The notes under the pieces were generated by a model that was given only the letters and a program-made list of their open reading frames with translations, was not told the origin of the DNA and searched no databases. From a virus (Duplodnaviria > Heunggongvirae > Uroviricota > Caudoviricetes): 64,000 nucleotides of DNA. The stretch is taken from IMG/VR virus record IMGVR_UViG_3300025011_000002, one strand, 5' to 3'. A program made the position numbers and the translations under genes. Positions 48,824-58,360 of this stretch are shown here, one piece after another (within the stretch, counting starts at the first letter, position 1; each line of letters begins with the position of its first letter).

Positions 48824-49856
48824 ATTAGTTGTACTTTTTCTACAATATGATTCAGATAAGTATCCAAATTCTTTATTTTATTTACAAAAATATTTAAGCA
48901 GAATAAGTCAAAATGATGTTCAAATAATAGTTATAGATAATAAGCAAAAAGTAAATTATAAAGAAAGAATCGAAGATTATTATTATGGCGAACCAATTAC
49001 AATATCAGGAGACAATACTATTTGGGAGTTTTCAGGATGGGATAAAGGATTAGAGTATCTTAAAGAAAATAATATTGATTATGATGCAATACTTTTTGTA
49101 AATGATTCATTTTTAGCTCCATCAGGTTATGATTCTCCAATAACAATAATAAATGATGAAAATATATTTGATTGTATAAAAAACAACAACATTATCGGAA
49201 ATATATGTAATGTAGGAAATGGATTTAAAATAGATAAATATAATGTAAAAAAATATATAAGGACTCATTGCTTTATGCTATCTAAAGACTCTGTTGAAAA
49301 GATAAAGACTCTTGTGACTTTGGATATTAATTTTATTAACAGATGTATAAATAATATTTCAACTAAGTTCTATTTCTTAGGTAAGGCTCCAATTTGTATA
49401 GACACAATGAAGAATATTGTCGTTAATTTAACTCAAAATTGGCATAGCAAATTCAATATTCATGATAATTGGGGATTATTTAGAATGAAATCCTTAGTAA
49501 TGCTTAATGAATTAACATTATATACAAGAATATCCAGTATAATAGGAGATAATAAAGTACAAATGAATATAAAAGAGCTTATAAACAATATTCCAAATGA
49601 TAAAAAAATAGTATGTGTGGGAGCTGCAACAAATGCTCACAAGATGATGAAGGAAAGTGACTTACCAAAGAAGAATGTGGTTGCATTTCTGGATAACTAC
49701 ATTAAGGGAGATATTAATGGAATACCAATATATACACCCGAAGAGTTCGTTAATAAAAAGATAAATTATGACTTTGCAATTTTTTGTATGTTCCAACCAG
49801 AAACGATTAAAAATCAATTAGATAGCTTAGGAATTATAACAAAAGATGAATATTGA
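48813..49856 (+). CDS. hypothetical protein, paralog of 45344..46099 with a C-terminal extension
   Basis: Conserved blocks shared with 45344..46099. Confidence 0.35.
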   Translation: MYYKLVVLFLQYDSDKYPNSLFYLQKYLSRISQNDVQIIVIDNKQKVNYKERIEDYYYGEPITISGDNTIWEFSGWDKGLEYLKENNIDYDAILFVNDSFLAPSGYDSPITIINDENIFDCIKNNNIIGNICNVGNGFKIDKYNVKKYIRTHCFMLSKDSVEKIKTLVTLDINFINRCINNISTKFYFLGKAPICIDTMKNIVVNLTQNWHSKFNIHDNWGLFRMKSLVMLNELTLYTRISSIIGDNKVQMNIKELINNIPNDKKIVCVGAATNAHKMMKESDLPKKNVVAFLDNYIKGDINGIPIYTPEEFVNKKINYDFAIFCMFQPETIKNQLDSLGIITKDEY

Positions 49857-50466
49857 TAAAAATAATACCCTCATTATATTTAGTACAGGCGATTCTAATT
49901 ATAATGAATTAAAAGAACATATTATCCCTTTACAGCAAAGTTATGATACGTTGGGTCTTAATATGTTTAATTGTTTCCATTATGGCTGTACATATTGGAA
50001 TTGGAATGATAGATTTTTATTTAGAGATTGTTTATATGAACATTATATAGAAATAGAAGACAATAAAAAGCCTTTATTAGTTACTACAGACGAAGTAACT
50101 AAAAGAGAATTTATTAATAATAATATAAAACCATATTATACTTATGAAGCAACAACAAAATATATACCTACAAATAAAGAGGATAATAAATTATATATAT
50201 TTAAAGCCAGTTTGCATACAGCCATTAATACAGCCATTGTTGAGGGTTATAAGAATTGCATTATATTATTTGCTGATTTATCTTATGATAAGCATGCCCA
50301 TTTTTATGATTCAGAAGAAACAAAAAATAAGATGCAACCAAGACCAACTAAAAGATTAAATATAATGAGAGAATCTTTATATAATTTTAAACAATATGCA
50401 AATATTTATAAAACAAATCATAATGATTTAGATTTAGAATATATTGATATAAAAGAAATTATATAA
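49846..50466 (+). CDS. hypothetical protein (full-length copy of duplicated gene flanking the NAD island)
   Basis: 206 aa. N-terminal 'MFNCFHYGCTYWNWND' and C-terminal 'RESLYNFK...NIYKTNHNDLDLEYIDIKEII' are near-identical to 55800..56210. Confidence 0.35.
   Translation: MNIDKNNTLIIFSTGDSNYNELKEHIIPLQQSYDTLGLNMFNCFHYGCTYWNWNDRFLFRDCLYEHYIEIEDNKKPLLVTTDEVTKREFINNNIKPYYTYEATTKYIPTNKEDNKLYIFKASLHTAINTAIVEGYKNCIILFADLSYDKHAHFYDSEETKNKMQPRPTKRLNIMRESLYNFKQYANIYKTNHNDLDLEYIDIKEII
50368..50466 (+). repeat. ~99-bp direct repeat (copy 1) bracketing the NAD island
   Basis: Near-identical to 56112..56210, with differences clustered in the first ~40 nt. A further 51-nt perfect match lies at 49960..50010 versus 55927..55977. 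Confidence 0.6.
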
Positions 50467-50481
50467 AAAGGAGAATATTAA

Positions 50482-51396
50482 ATGTATCTAATACATAATA
50501 GTAACATAAATTCATATTTTACAATTAATAAAAAAGATAAAATGGCATTTTTATCTTTAATTGATAATTTTTTTGAAGATGATGATAACGTATTTAGAAT
50601 AATTTATGATAAAGACGAATTAAATAAAATATTAAATGATAGATTTTTATCAAAAAACAGGGGAGAAAAATATAATGAAGAATATACATCTGTAACAAAA
50701 ATAGTTGGAGATTTATTCCCTATGGATTTGGATAAGTCCAGAGGATTAATTTATTGGGCTAAAAATATATCTAAAGAAGATTATGCTTTACAACAAGAAA
50801 TAAATGAAGAATGTCAAAATAAAGGAACATATCTTCATGCTGTAATTGAACATATTTTAAAAGATAAGAAACATTATTCTTTAAGAGATATTCAAAGTCA
50901 TATAAATAATCAAGCTGTAGAACAGAATCAATTATGCTCTAAGGCATTATTTGAATATCCGAAGTACAAAGACAAGGGAAAAAATAATTGGCTCAATAAC
51001 GAGCTTCCATATATTGATACTATTTATTCTGAATTATTTATAAAAGATGATGAGCTTGGATTACAGGGAACTTTGGATGGTTTATTAATTTATAATAAAA
51101 TTTTAACATTATGGGATTTAAAATCAACATCTAAAATTGATAAAAAAACACAAAAAGGTGTTCATAAAACTCCAAGTACAATGAATAATTATCATAGACA
51201 ATTAGCAATGTATTCTTATTTATTAGAAAAACATGGATATATTACTAAAAAAGAATTTCAAGATTTGGCTTTTAAAATAGATTGTTTCCATTGGATAAGA
51301 GAAGATTATAGGCAATATGATTTTGAAAACGCATATATATTAAGTTTAATTGAAGATATTTTAAAAGTTACTGAATGGTTTAATAATAGTAAATAG
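50482..51396 (+). CDS. PD-(D/E)xK nuclease, RecB/Cas4-like
   Basis: 'ELFIKDDELGLQGTLDGLLIY...LTLWDLKSTSK' (D...D-x-K) and 'QLAMYSYLL' (QxxxY motif of the RecB nuclease family). Confidence 0.45.
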   Translation: MYLIHNSNINSYFTINKKDKMAFLSLIDNFFEDDDNVFRIIYDKDELNKILNDRFLSKNRGEKYNEEYTSVTKIVGDLFPMDLDKSRGLIYWAKNISKEDYALQQEINEECQNKGTYLHAVIEHILKDKKHYSLRDIQSHINNQAVEQNQLCSKALFEYPKYKDKGKNNWLNNELPYIDTIYSELFIKDDELGLQGTLDGLLIYNKILTLWDLKSTSKIDKKTQKGVHKTPSTMNNYHRQLAMYSYLLEKHGYITKKEFQDLAFKIDCFHWIREDYRQYDFENAYILSLIEDILKVTEWFNNSK

Positions 51397-51402
51397 GTAA
51401 AT

Positions 51403-51936
51403 ATGGCAATATTTAAAAAGAAAAAAAAGGTCTATAAAAAGACTTTTAATTCTCAAGATATAAAAAGAATACTATTGAATGAATTTAGATACAACAAAAA
51501 CTATACCTATGCATGTACAGAATGCGGTAGGTATAGTGCTGATGTTTTATTATATAATATATTTTTAATAGAGATAGAAGTAAAATGTTCGTTATCTGAT
51601 TTTTATGCTGATTTTCGTAAAAAGAAACATTTATTATATTTAAGAGAAAGAAGTAATGCTGGTAGTTATTCTAAAAATATGATTCCTAATAAATTTTATT
51701 TTGCTGTTTCAGATAAATTATATGAACCTGTTAATAATTTTTTAAAAGATAATCCACAATTTAATAAATATGGAATAATAGTAGTTTATCCAAGTGAAAA
51801 AATATCAATAAAAAAATCTGCTAAACTTTTGCATTCAGAATCTCCATCTCAAATGATGTTGGATATTATGATTAGAAGAATGTCATCAGAAATTTGTGTA
51901 TTATATAATAAATTGAATGAAGAAACATCTACTTGA
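51403..51936 (+). CDS. hypothetical protein (possible second PD-(D/E)xK-like nuclease)
   Basis: 'YSADVLLYN...IFLIEIEVKCS' D...ExK-like; weak. Confidence 0.25.
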   Translation: MAIFKKKKKVYKKTFNSQDIKRILLNEFRYNKNYTYACTECGRYSADVLLYNIFLIEIEVKCSLSDFYADFRKKKHLLYLRERSNAGSYSKNMIPNKFYFAVSDKLYEPVNNFLKDNPQFNKYGIIVVYPSEKISIKKSAKLLHSESPSQMMLDIMIRRMSSEICVLYNKLNEETST

Positions 51937-51983
51937 TTTTCTTTTATAATATGTTATAATATTATAAAAGGAGATAAAAAATA

Positions 51984-52835
51984 ATGTTAGATTTACATAA
52001 AGATTTTGAAATATTTAACTTTCCAGGTGGAGAAGTTAATGTAAGATTAAAAAATTTTCCAACAGATGATTGTTTTATTGTAACATTAATAGCAAGATTA
52101 AAAAATTCTAACGATATAATGTCATTATTATTAGCTGTGGATGTATTAAAAAGAGAAAATGTTTTTATTAATGAATTAATAATACCATATTTTCCATATG
52201 CAAGACAAGATAGAGTTTGTAATAAAGGCGAAGCATTATCTGTTAAAGTTATAGCAGATTTAATTAATAGTTTAAATATACCAAAAGTAACAATATTAGA
52301 CCCACATTCAGATGTAACTCCTGCATTAATTAATAATGTAAATATTATTAGTCAAGTAGAATGTTTTACTAAATCAATGTGGAATTTTGGTAAATCTAAT
52401 TTAGAAATTAGAAATGATTATTATATTATTTGTCCTGATGCTGGAGCAAGAAAAAGGATTGATACTATAGCTAAAGAAGTGCAAACAGATAAGGTTATAT
52501 ATTTTAATAAAAAAAGAGATTTATTAACTGGAAATATTTTAGGGATAGATTCTGAATATCAAAATTTTAAAAATAAAAAATGTATTATTATTGATGATAT
52601 TTGTGATGGTGGTCGTACATTTATAGAAATAGCTAAATATTTAAAATCATATGATGCTGATGAAATTATTTTATATATTACTCATGGTATTTTTAGTAAA
52701 GGTCTTGAATGCTTAAAAGAAGCAGGAATAGATAAAATATTTACTACCAATAGTTATCAAGAAATTGATGATAGATATTTGAATAAAGGTACGGTTCCTC
52801 AAGTTTTACAATATGATATATTTCAAGGAATTTAA
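51984..52835 (+). CDS. prs: ribose-phosphate pyrophosphokinase (PRPP synthetase)
   Basis: 'IIPYFPYARQDRV' and PRPP-binding 'CIIIDDICDGGRT'. Confidence 0.8.
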   Translation: MLDLHKDFEIFNFPGGEVNVRLKNFPTDDCFIVTLIARLKNSNDIMSLLLAVDVLKRENVFINELIIPYFPYARQDRVCNKGEALSVKVIADLINSLNIPKVTILDPHSDVTPALINNVNIISQVECFTKSMWNFGKSNLEIRNDYYIICPDAGARKRIDTIAKEVQTDKVIYFNKKRDLLTGNILGIDSEYQNFKNKKCIIIDDICDGGRTFIEIAKYLKSYDADEIILYITHGIFSKGLECLKEAGIDKIFTTNSYQEIDDRYLNKGTVPQVLQYDIFQGI

Positions 52836-53112
52836 TATGATTGGGTATAAAGCTTTTTCTAAAAATATGACAAATAGAAAAGGATATATTTTTAATATAG
52901 ATAAAGAACTTATTTATCATATTAATAAGCCTATAAAATTAAGAGGAACAGGATTTCATTTTTGTAAAAATATTTTATCTTGCCTTATATGGTATCAAAA
53001 TATTTTTAATATTACAATATATAAAATAGAAATTTTAGGAGATGTAATAGATAGTAAATTTACACCTAAGTCAGTAACTAATAAATTTAGATTTATAGAA
53101 AAAGTATTTTAA
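52813..53112 (+). CDS. hypothetical protein
   Basis: 99-aa ORF between prs and nadV. Confidence 0.3.
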   Translation: MIYFKEFNMIGYKAFSKNMTNRKGYIFNIDKELIYHINKPIKLRGTGFHFCKNILSCLIWYQNIFNITIYKIEILGDVIDSKFTPKSVTNKFRFIEKVF

Positions 53113-53129
53113 TAAATAAGGAGAAAAAT

Positions 53130-54641
53130 ATGAAAAAATTACCAGCAACATTACTTTGTGATTTTTATAAAATAAGTCATAGAGAACAATATGATGAAGA
53201 CACAGAACAAATTTATTCTACTTGGACTGCAAGAGGTTCAAGAATAGAAGGAATTAATAAAGTTGTTGTTTTTGGACTTCAAGGATTTATTAAAAAATAT
53301 CTTATTGATTATTTTAATGAGAATTTCTTTAATCGTTCTTGGCAAGAAGTTGTTTCTGAATATAAAAGAGTTATTAAATATACATTAAATATTGATAATC
53401 CAAGCATACAACATATATGGGATTTGCATGAATTAGGATATTTACCATTATTAATTGAAGCAGTACCAGAAGGAACAAAATTACCAATAAGAGTTCCATC
53501 AGCAACAGTAAGAAATACACATCCTAAATTTTTCTGGCTAACAAATTTTATTGAAACATTACTTTCATGTGAAACTTGGCAACCAACAACATCTGCTACA
53601 ATAGCGAATAGTTATAAAAATATATTAAAAAAATGGTCAGATAAAACTTGCGATAATGATTACCATGTTCCATTTCAAGGTCATGATTTTTCAATGAGAG
53701 GTATGCCTTGTTTAGAAGCAGCATGCACATCTGGAGCAGGACATCTTTTAAGTTTTGTTGGAACAGATACAATTCCTGCAATATTATATCTTGAAAATTA
53801 CTATAATGCGGATATTGAAAAAGAACTTGTAGGTACTTCTATACCAGCTACAGAACATTCTGTAATGTGTTGCAATGGAAGAGACGAATATAGTTCTATT
53901 AAAAGATTAATAACTGAAGTTTATCCAAATGGATTTGTTTCTATAGTTTCTGATACTTGGAATTTATGGGATATATTAACAAAAACATTACCAAAATTAA
54001 AAGATGAAATAATGAATCGTGATGGTAGAGTCGTTATAAGACCAGATAGCGGTAATCCTGTAGATATTATTTGTGGAACAAGAAGAGAAATAGAAACAAG
54101 AGAACTTTCAAATATTAATGAAATTAGAAAAGGTGTTATTGAGTCACTTTGGGATGTATTTGGTGGTACAATAAATTCAAAAGGATATAAAGTATTAGAT
54201 TCTCATATAGGGGCTATATATGGTGATGCTATCACTATGGAGAGAGCAGAAGAAATATGTAGTAGACTTGAAGAAAAAGGATTTGCAAGTAGCAATATTG
54301 TTTTTGGCATTGGTTCATTTACTTATACTTATAATACAAGAGATACATTTGGATTCGCTCAAAAATCAACATATGCTGTAAAAGGCGGTCAAGAAGTCTT
54401 CCTATATAAAGACCCTATAACAGATGATGGTCTTAAAAAATCACAAAAAGGCTTAGTTTATGTTTTGGATTTAGAAGGGAATATTACATATAAAGATGAA
54501 TTTAATATACAAGAGCATGAAAAATTACAACCATTTGGACTATTAAGACCTATATTTAAAAATGGAGAATTATTAGTAGATGAAAATCTTGCAGAAATAA
54601 GAAAAAGGGTAGAAGATAATGAATTATTACGATATTCGTAG
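53130..54641 (+). CDS. nadV: nicotinamide phosphoribosyltransferase (NAMPT/NadV)
   Basis: 'VVVFGLQGFIKKYL', 'IEAVPEGTKLP...KFFWLTNFIETLL', 'FQGHDFSMRG...SFVGTDT', 'IRPDSGNPVD' align with NAMPT conserved blocks. Confidence 0.85.
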   Translation: MKKLPATLLCDFYKISHREQYDEDTEQIYSTWTARGSRIEGINKVVVFGLQGFIKKYLIDYFNENFFNRSWQEVVSEYKRVIKYTLNIDNPSIQHIWDLHELGYLPLLIEAVPEGTKLPIRVPSATVRNTHPKFFWLTNFIETLLSCETWQPTTSATIANSYKNILKKWSDKTCDNDYHVPFQGHDFSMRGMPCLEAACTSGAGHLLSFVGTDTIPAILYLENYYNADIEKELVGTSIPATEHSVMCCNGRDEYSSIKRLITEVYPNGFVSIVSDTWNLWDILTKTLPKLKDEIMNRDGRVVIRPDSGNPVDIICGTRREIETRELSNINEIRKGVIESLWDVFGGTINSKGYKVLDSHIGAIYGDAITMERAEEICSRLEEKGFASSNIVFGIGSFTYTYNTRDTFGFAQKSTYAVKGGQEVFLYKDPITDDGLKKSQKGLVYVLDLEGNITYKDEFNIQEHEKLQPFGLLRPIFKNGELLVDENLAEIRKRVEDNELLRYS

Positions 54642-55602
54642 AGAGATTAAAGATTTAGTAAGACAAAAAGGAGGATTCTGTAATGCTCATTCTCATCTTG
54701 ATAAATCTTATACTTTAACGAAAGATAATAAAGATATTTGTAATAAACATTTAAAAAATAAATGGAATTTAATAGATAGTATAAAAAGAAATAGTACAAT
54801 ATATGATATAAAAGATAGAATAGAATATTCTCTTATAAAACAAACATTATATAATACTCATAATATTTTAACATTTATAGATGTTGATAGCGTTGCTAAA
54901 AGTACAGGTCTTGAGGCTTTAGAATTAGCTAAAGAAAATTATTTAGCAACGCAAATATATTCTGCTAATCAAACAATTAAAGGAATATTAAATAAAAAAG
55001 AATACGAATGGTTTTTAAAAGGAGCAGAACAATGTGATTTTATAGGAAGTTTACCTAAAGTAGATGATAATATAGAATTACATTTAGATATACTATTTGA
55101 TACTGCTAAAAATTTTAATAAACACATACAAATTCATTGTGACCAATTTTCTTTAATAGAAGAAAAAGAAACAGAATTAATATTAAAATATATAGATAAA
55201 TATAATTGGCAAGGCAAAGTATCATTAATACATTGTCTTTCTTTAGCTTCTCAAGAAAAGTCTTATAGGTATAAAATATATGAAAAATTAGAAGAAACAA
55301 GAACAAATATAATTATAGCTCCATTAATTTGGATTGATACACCAAGAAATGAAGAATTACAACCTCGTCATAATTGTTTAACTCCAGTAGATGAAATGTT
55401 AGAATTTAACATTAATATAGCTATGGGAACAGATAATATTTCTGATTTAAATGGTATGTTGTCAAATGGAGATATGATGGAAGAATTAATCTTTTTAATT
55501 CGAGCATGTAGATTATATAATAAAATAGAAGAATGTATTAATATAGCCACAATAAATGGTAATAAGATTATAAATAATAGATTAAATAATAATATAATTT
55601 AA
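54619..55602 (+). CDS. amidohydrolase-fold deaminase/hydrolase (CodA-like metal-binding motifs)
   Basis: 'CNAHSHLDKS', 'IQIHCDQ', 'LIHCLS', 'AMGTDNISD' match the H-x-H...H...H...D metal ligands of the amidohydrolase superfamily. Confidence 0.55.
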   Translation: MNYYDIRREIKDLVRQKGGFCNAHSHLDKSYTLTKDNKDICNKHLKNKWNLIDSIKRNSTIYDIKDRIEYSLIKQTLYNTHNILTFIDVDSVAKSTGLEALELAKENYLATQIYSANQTIKGILNKKEYEWFLKGAEQCDFIGSLPKVDDNIELHLDILFDTAKNFNKHIQIHCDQFSLIEEKETELILKYIDKYNWQGKVSLIHCLSLASQEKSYRYKIYEKLEETRTNIIIAPLIWIDTPRNEELQPRHNCLTPVDEMLEFNINIAMGTDNISDLNGMLSNGDMMEELIFLIRACRLYNKIEECINIATINGNKIINNRLNNNII

Positions 55603-55634
55603 AAAGCAAGTTTTAAATATATAAGGAGCTTAAA

Positions 55635-55787
55635 ATGCAAAAGGAAGTCTTTGAAAAAATAAAAGTGGCTCTTAAACGTATTAACTTTAATGAAGATACA
55701 TATATTATTTTCCCTGATTCTGATTTTAAAAGATATAAGGAATCAAGTATTGAAGTTTCTCACAAAAAACTATTTGGATTATTTTAA
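55635..55787 (+). CDS. small hypothetical protein
   Basis: 50-aa ORF with RBS AGGAG 8 nt upstream. Confidence 0.25.
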   Translation: MQKEVFEKIKVALKRINFNEDTYIIFPDSDFKRYKESSIEVSHKKLFGLF

Positions 55788-55799
55788 TATGGGGGAATC

Positions 55800-56210
55800 A
55801 TGCATAATATAACTCCAGATAATACATTATTTATTTTTGGATGCGGAGAATCAAATTATAATGAATTGCTACCATATATAGCACATATACAAGCAAATTG
55901 GAAAACATTAGGCATGAATATGTTTAATTGTTTCCATTATGGCTGTACATATTGGAATTGGAATGATTTATATGTTTGGAGTAGATTTCTTCAAGATAAA
56001 TATTTAGAAATAGAAGACATAAAAAAACCTCGTCTTGTGACTACAGACGAGGTTAATAAAAAAGAGGTATTAACATCAAGTATAAAACCATATTATACTT
56101 ATGATATTATTAGAGAATCTTTATATAATTTTAAAAAACATATTAATATATATAAAACAAATCATAATGATTTAGATTTAGAATATATTGATATAAAAGA
56201 AATAATTTAA
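55800..56210 (+). CDS. truncated paralog of 49846..50466 (internal deletion copy)
   Basis: 136 aa. Shares the N-terminal and C-terminal blocks with 49846..50466 but lacks ~70 central residues. Confidence 0.35.
   Translation: MHNITPDNTLFIFGCGESNYNELLPYIAHIQANWKTLGMNMFNCFHYGCTYWNWNDLYVWSRFLQDKYLEIEDIKKPRLVTTDEVNKKEVLTSSIKPYYTYDIIRESLYNFKKHINIYKTNHNDLDLEYIDIKEII
56112..56210 (+). repeat. ~99-bp direct repeat (copy 2) bracketing the NAD island
   Basis: See copy 1. Confidence 0.6.
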
Positions 56211-56377
56211 GTAGAAGTTGTTTTTAATTTTCCATTTTCATCAAATTGTAATTTTTCTAATATAACTAATATTGCATCTAAAGTTACTTTTGACGAAACA
56301 GATTCATCATATATTTTTTTTAACCATTCATTTGAACCTTGAGCCATTTTTAATCTCTCTTTCTTTTTTTTAAATAA

Positions 56378-58357
56378 CTAACCTAATATTCCAGGTAAAT
56401 TATTGATTGTCATATTCTCATCCTGAATTAATTTTCCAAAAGTTCCTGCCCCTGTAATTTGAGAAGATTGAGTATTCCAAATATCTAAAGCTCCTAAACC
56501 AGTTGATAATATTAGTGGTACTGGTTGCCCTTGATACCAAAAATCAAAAGTTCCTGTATTTAAAGCTGTTCCTGCAATTATAAAGTCATCAAAATATATT
56601 GCTCCTGCTGCTGATTGTCCAGATATAGTTAATAAAGCTTGCGTGTTCTCTGTTGGAGTTCCTATAACAACAAACTGAATCCATTCATCGTGTGTATCTG
56701 GCATAGTCCAAACATTAGTCGTCATTCCTGCGCCAGACAAAGCAACTGTTGGATTCGCAACATCTGTATAATCAGAAGTTTTCTTAATGTAACCTGTTAC
56801 AGCAATTGGAGTTCCAGCTACCGCCATCACATTAAATTTTTGTGTTACAGCTATTGAATTGCTTATAAAATTCATTCCAACACAAATTGAACCTGTTCTA
56901 TAGTTTGTTATATCTTTTTCAATATACCCACTTACTTGATAAACACGATTTATTACAGAGGCATCTTTCATTTCACAGTTATCAAACGCAATTGCTGAAT
57001 TTTGAAGTATAGATGAAAGATTAGTTATAAAGTTTGTGGAATTAAATGAGCAATTTTGAAAATAATGTTGAGTTAAGTTAGTAGAGCACACTAAATCATA
57101 AGTATTATACTGGTTTACTGATGCGCCTACTCCAAAATTGCTACTATAAAAACTTATATCGCTTGTTAAGCCATTTGCTAAAAATACTCCTTGATAACAA
57201 GCATAAGCATTTAAGTTTGTATAAACGTCATTTGCCCCTCCGTTAAAGTATGTCCCGCTATAACAGCCTACAGAATTTATATTAGTCATGGCATTAGCGT
57301 TACTGTAGTTATGAAATATTGATGTCCTTCCGCTAAAAACATTAAAATTACTAATGCTTGAATTAGTGGACTGGTATAAATAAACAGGGTATCCACTTTG
57401 AGCGTTTGGATTGTAGAAAACTAAATTATTAATAGTAATTTCTGCTCTTGCTGTATAAAGAACTATTCCAGAATAGTTTGCAGTATTGTCTTTGGGATTA
57501 TAAATAACAACATCATTAAAGGTTGCTCTACTGTAACCATTTTGAGCATATAAACAATAAGAGGCATTTGAAGCCGTTGCAGATGACGGAGCAAAAGAAG
57601 TACCAAGATAACTTAAAGAAACATTATCAAGAACATGTTTGCTGGCATCTTGTAATTGAGTAGTAGCTCCCCAATAATAAGATGTATTAAAAGCAGTTAA
57701 TATAATATTTTTAGTAATATTAGAAATATCTGTATTTGCAAGATGTGTATAACTTAAATTTGTTGTTAAAGTTACGGCAACATCAGCACCCGAAGAATCT
57801 ATGGATTGAACTATTTTATTTTCAATATGTAAATAATTAGTATCGGGGGTTGCAATAACTAAATTATCACCTTCATAAACTAAAGTTCCTGAAGGAAGAT
57901 GTATAACTGCTTGTCCTAAGTCAGCTTGAGCAGTTAATAAAGTGTTAGTTGTTCTTTCTGCTCCATATAGTAAAATACTACTTGTTGCACTCGAATCTGT
58001 TATAATTCCGTATTTGTTGTTTGCTGGACTTCCATTATATCCATTAAATTTATATGTAACAGTACTTGCTACAGGAACTCTTGACCCCGAAGAGCCAACC
58101 AACCATGAGCAACCACTTTTTAAATTTAAATTTCCTTTAAAAATTGCAGTCCTTGAAGCTGTTGTATCTGGTGTGAATGTTCCGTAAAGAGTTAAAGCAG
58201 AAGTTGAAGAATCTGCACCGATTGTTATATCTTGGTCTTGGGTTACAATATGTCCTGCTGCAATAGTAACTGTGTCACCATCAATAGGAATTATTCCTCC
58301 AGTCCATGTTGAGGTATCTGACCAAGCTCCTGTTTGTGCTGAAGTTATTGCTGTCAT
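56378..58357 (-). CDS. tail fibre/tailspike protein, predicted right-handed beta-helix
   Basis: 659 aa, S/T/N/G-rich with periodic N/T-x-x-N repeats. N-terminal 'WSDTSTWTGGIIPIDGDTVTIAAGHIVT' is typical of pectate-lyase-fold tailspikes. Confidence 0.45.
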   Translation of the reverse strand: MTAITSAQTGAWSDTSTWTGGIIPIDGDTVTIAAGHIVTQDQDITIGADSSTSALTLYGTFTPDTTASRTAIFKGNLNLKSGCSWLVGSSGSRVPVASTVTYKFNGYNGSPANNKYGIITDSSATSSILLYGAERTTNTLLTAQADLGQAVIHLPSGTLVYEGDNLVIATPDTNYLHIENKIVQSIDSSGADVAVTLTTNLSYTHLANTDISNITKNIILTAFNTSYYWGATTQLQDASKHVLDNVSLSYLGTSFAPSSATASNASYCLYAQNGYSRATFNDVVIYNPKDNTANYSGIVLYTARAEITINNLVFYNPNAQSGYPVYLYQSTNSSISNFNVFSGRTSIFHNYSNANAMTNINSVGCYSGTYFNGGANDVYTNLNAYACYQGVFLANGLTSDISFYSSNFGVGASVNQYNTYDLVCSTNLTQHYFQNCSFNSTNFITNLSSILQNSAIAFDNCEMKDASVINRVYQVSGYIEKDITNYRTGSICVGMNFISNSIAVTQKFNVMAVAGTPIAVTGYIKKTSDYTDVANPTVALSGAGMTTNVWTMPDTHDEWIQFVVIGTPTENTQALLTISGQSAAGAIYFDDFIIAGTALNTGTFDFWYQGQPVPLILSTGLGALDIWNTQSSQITGAGTFGKLIQDENMTINNLPGILG

Positions 58358-58360
58358 ATA

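Noticed and set aside
56207-56347. 46-aa minus-strand ORF at the convergent junction after the truncated paralog
   Set aside because: Very short, overlaps the stop of 55800..56210, and sits where bidirectional terminators are expected.
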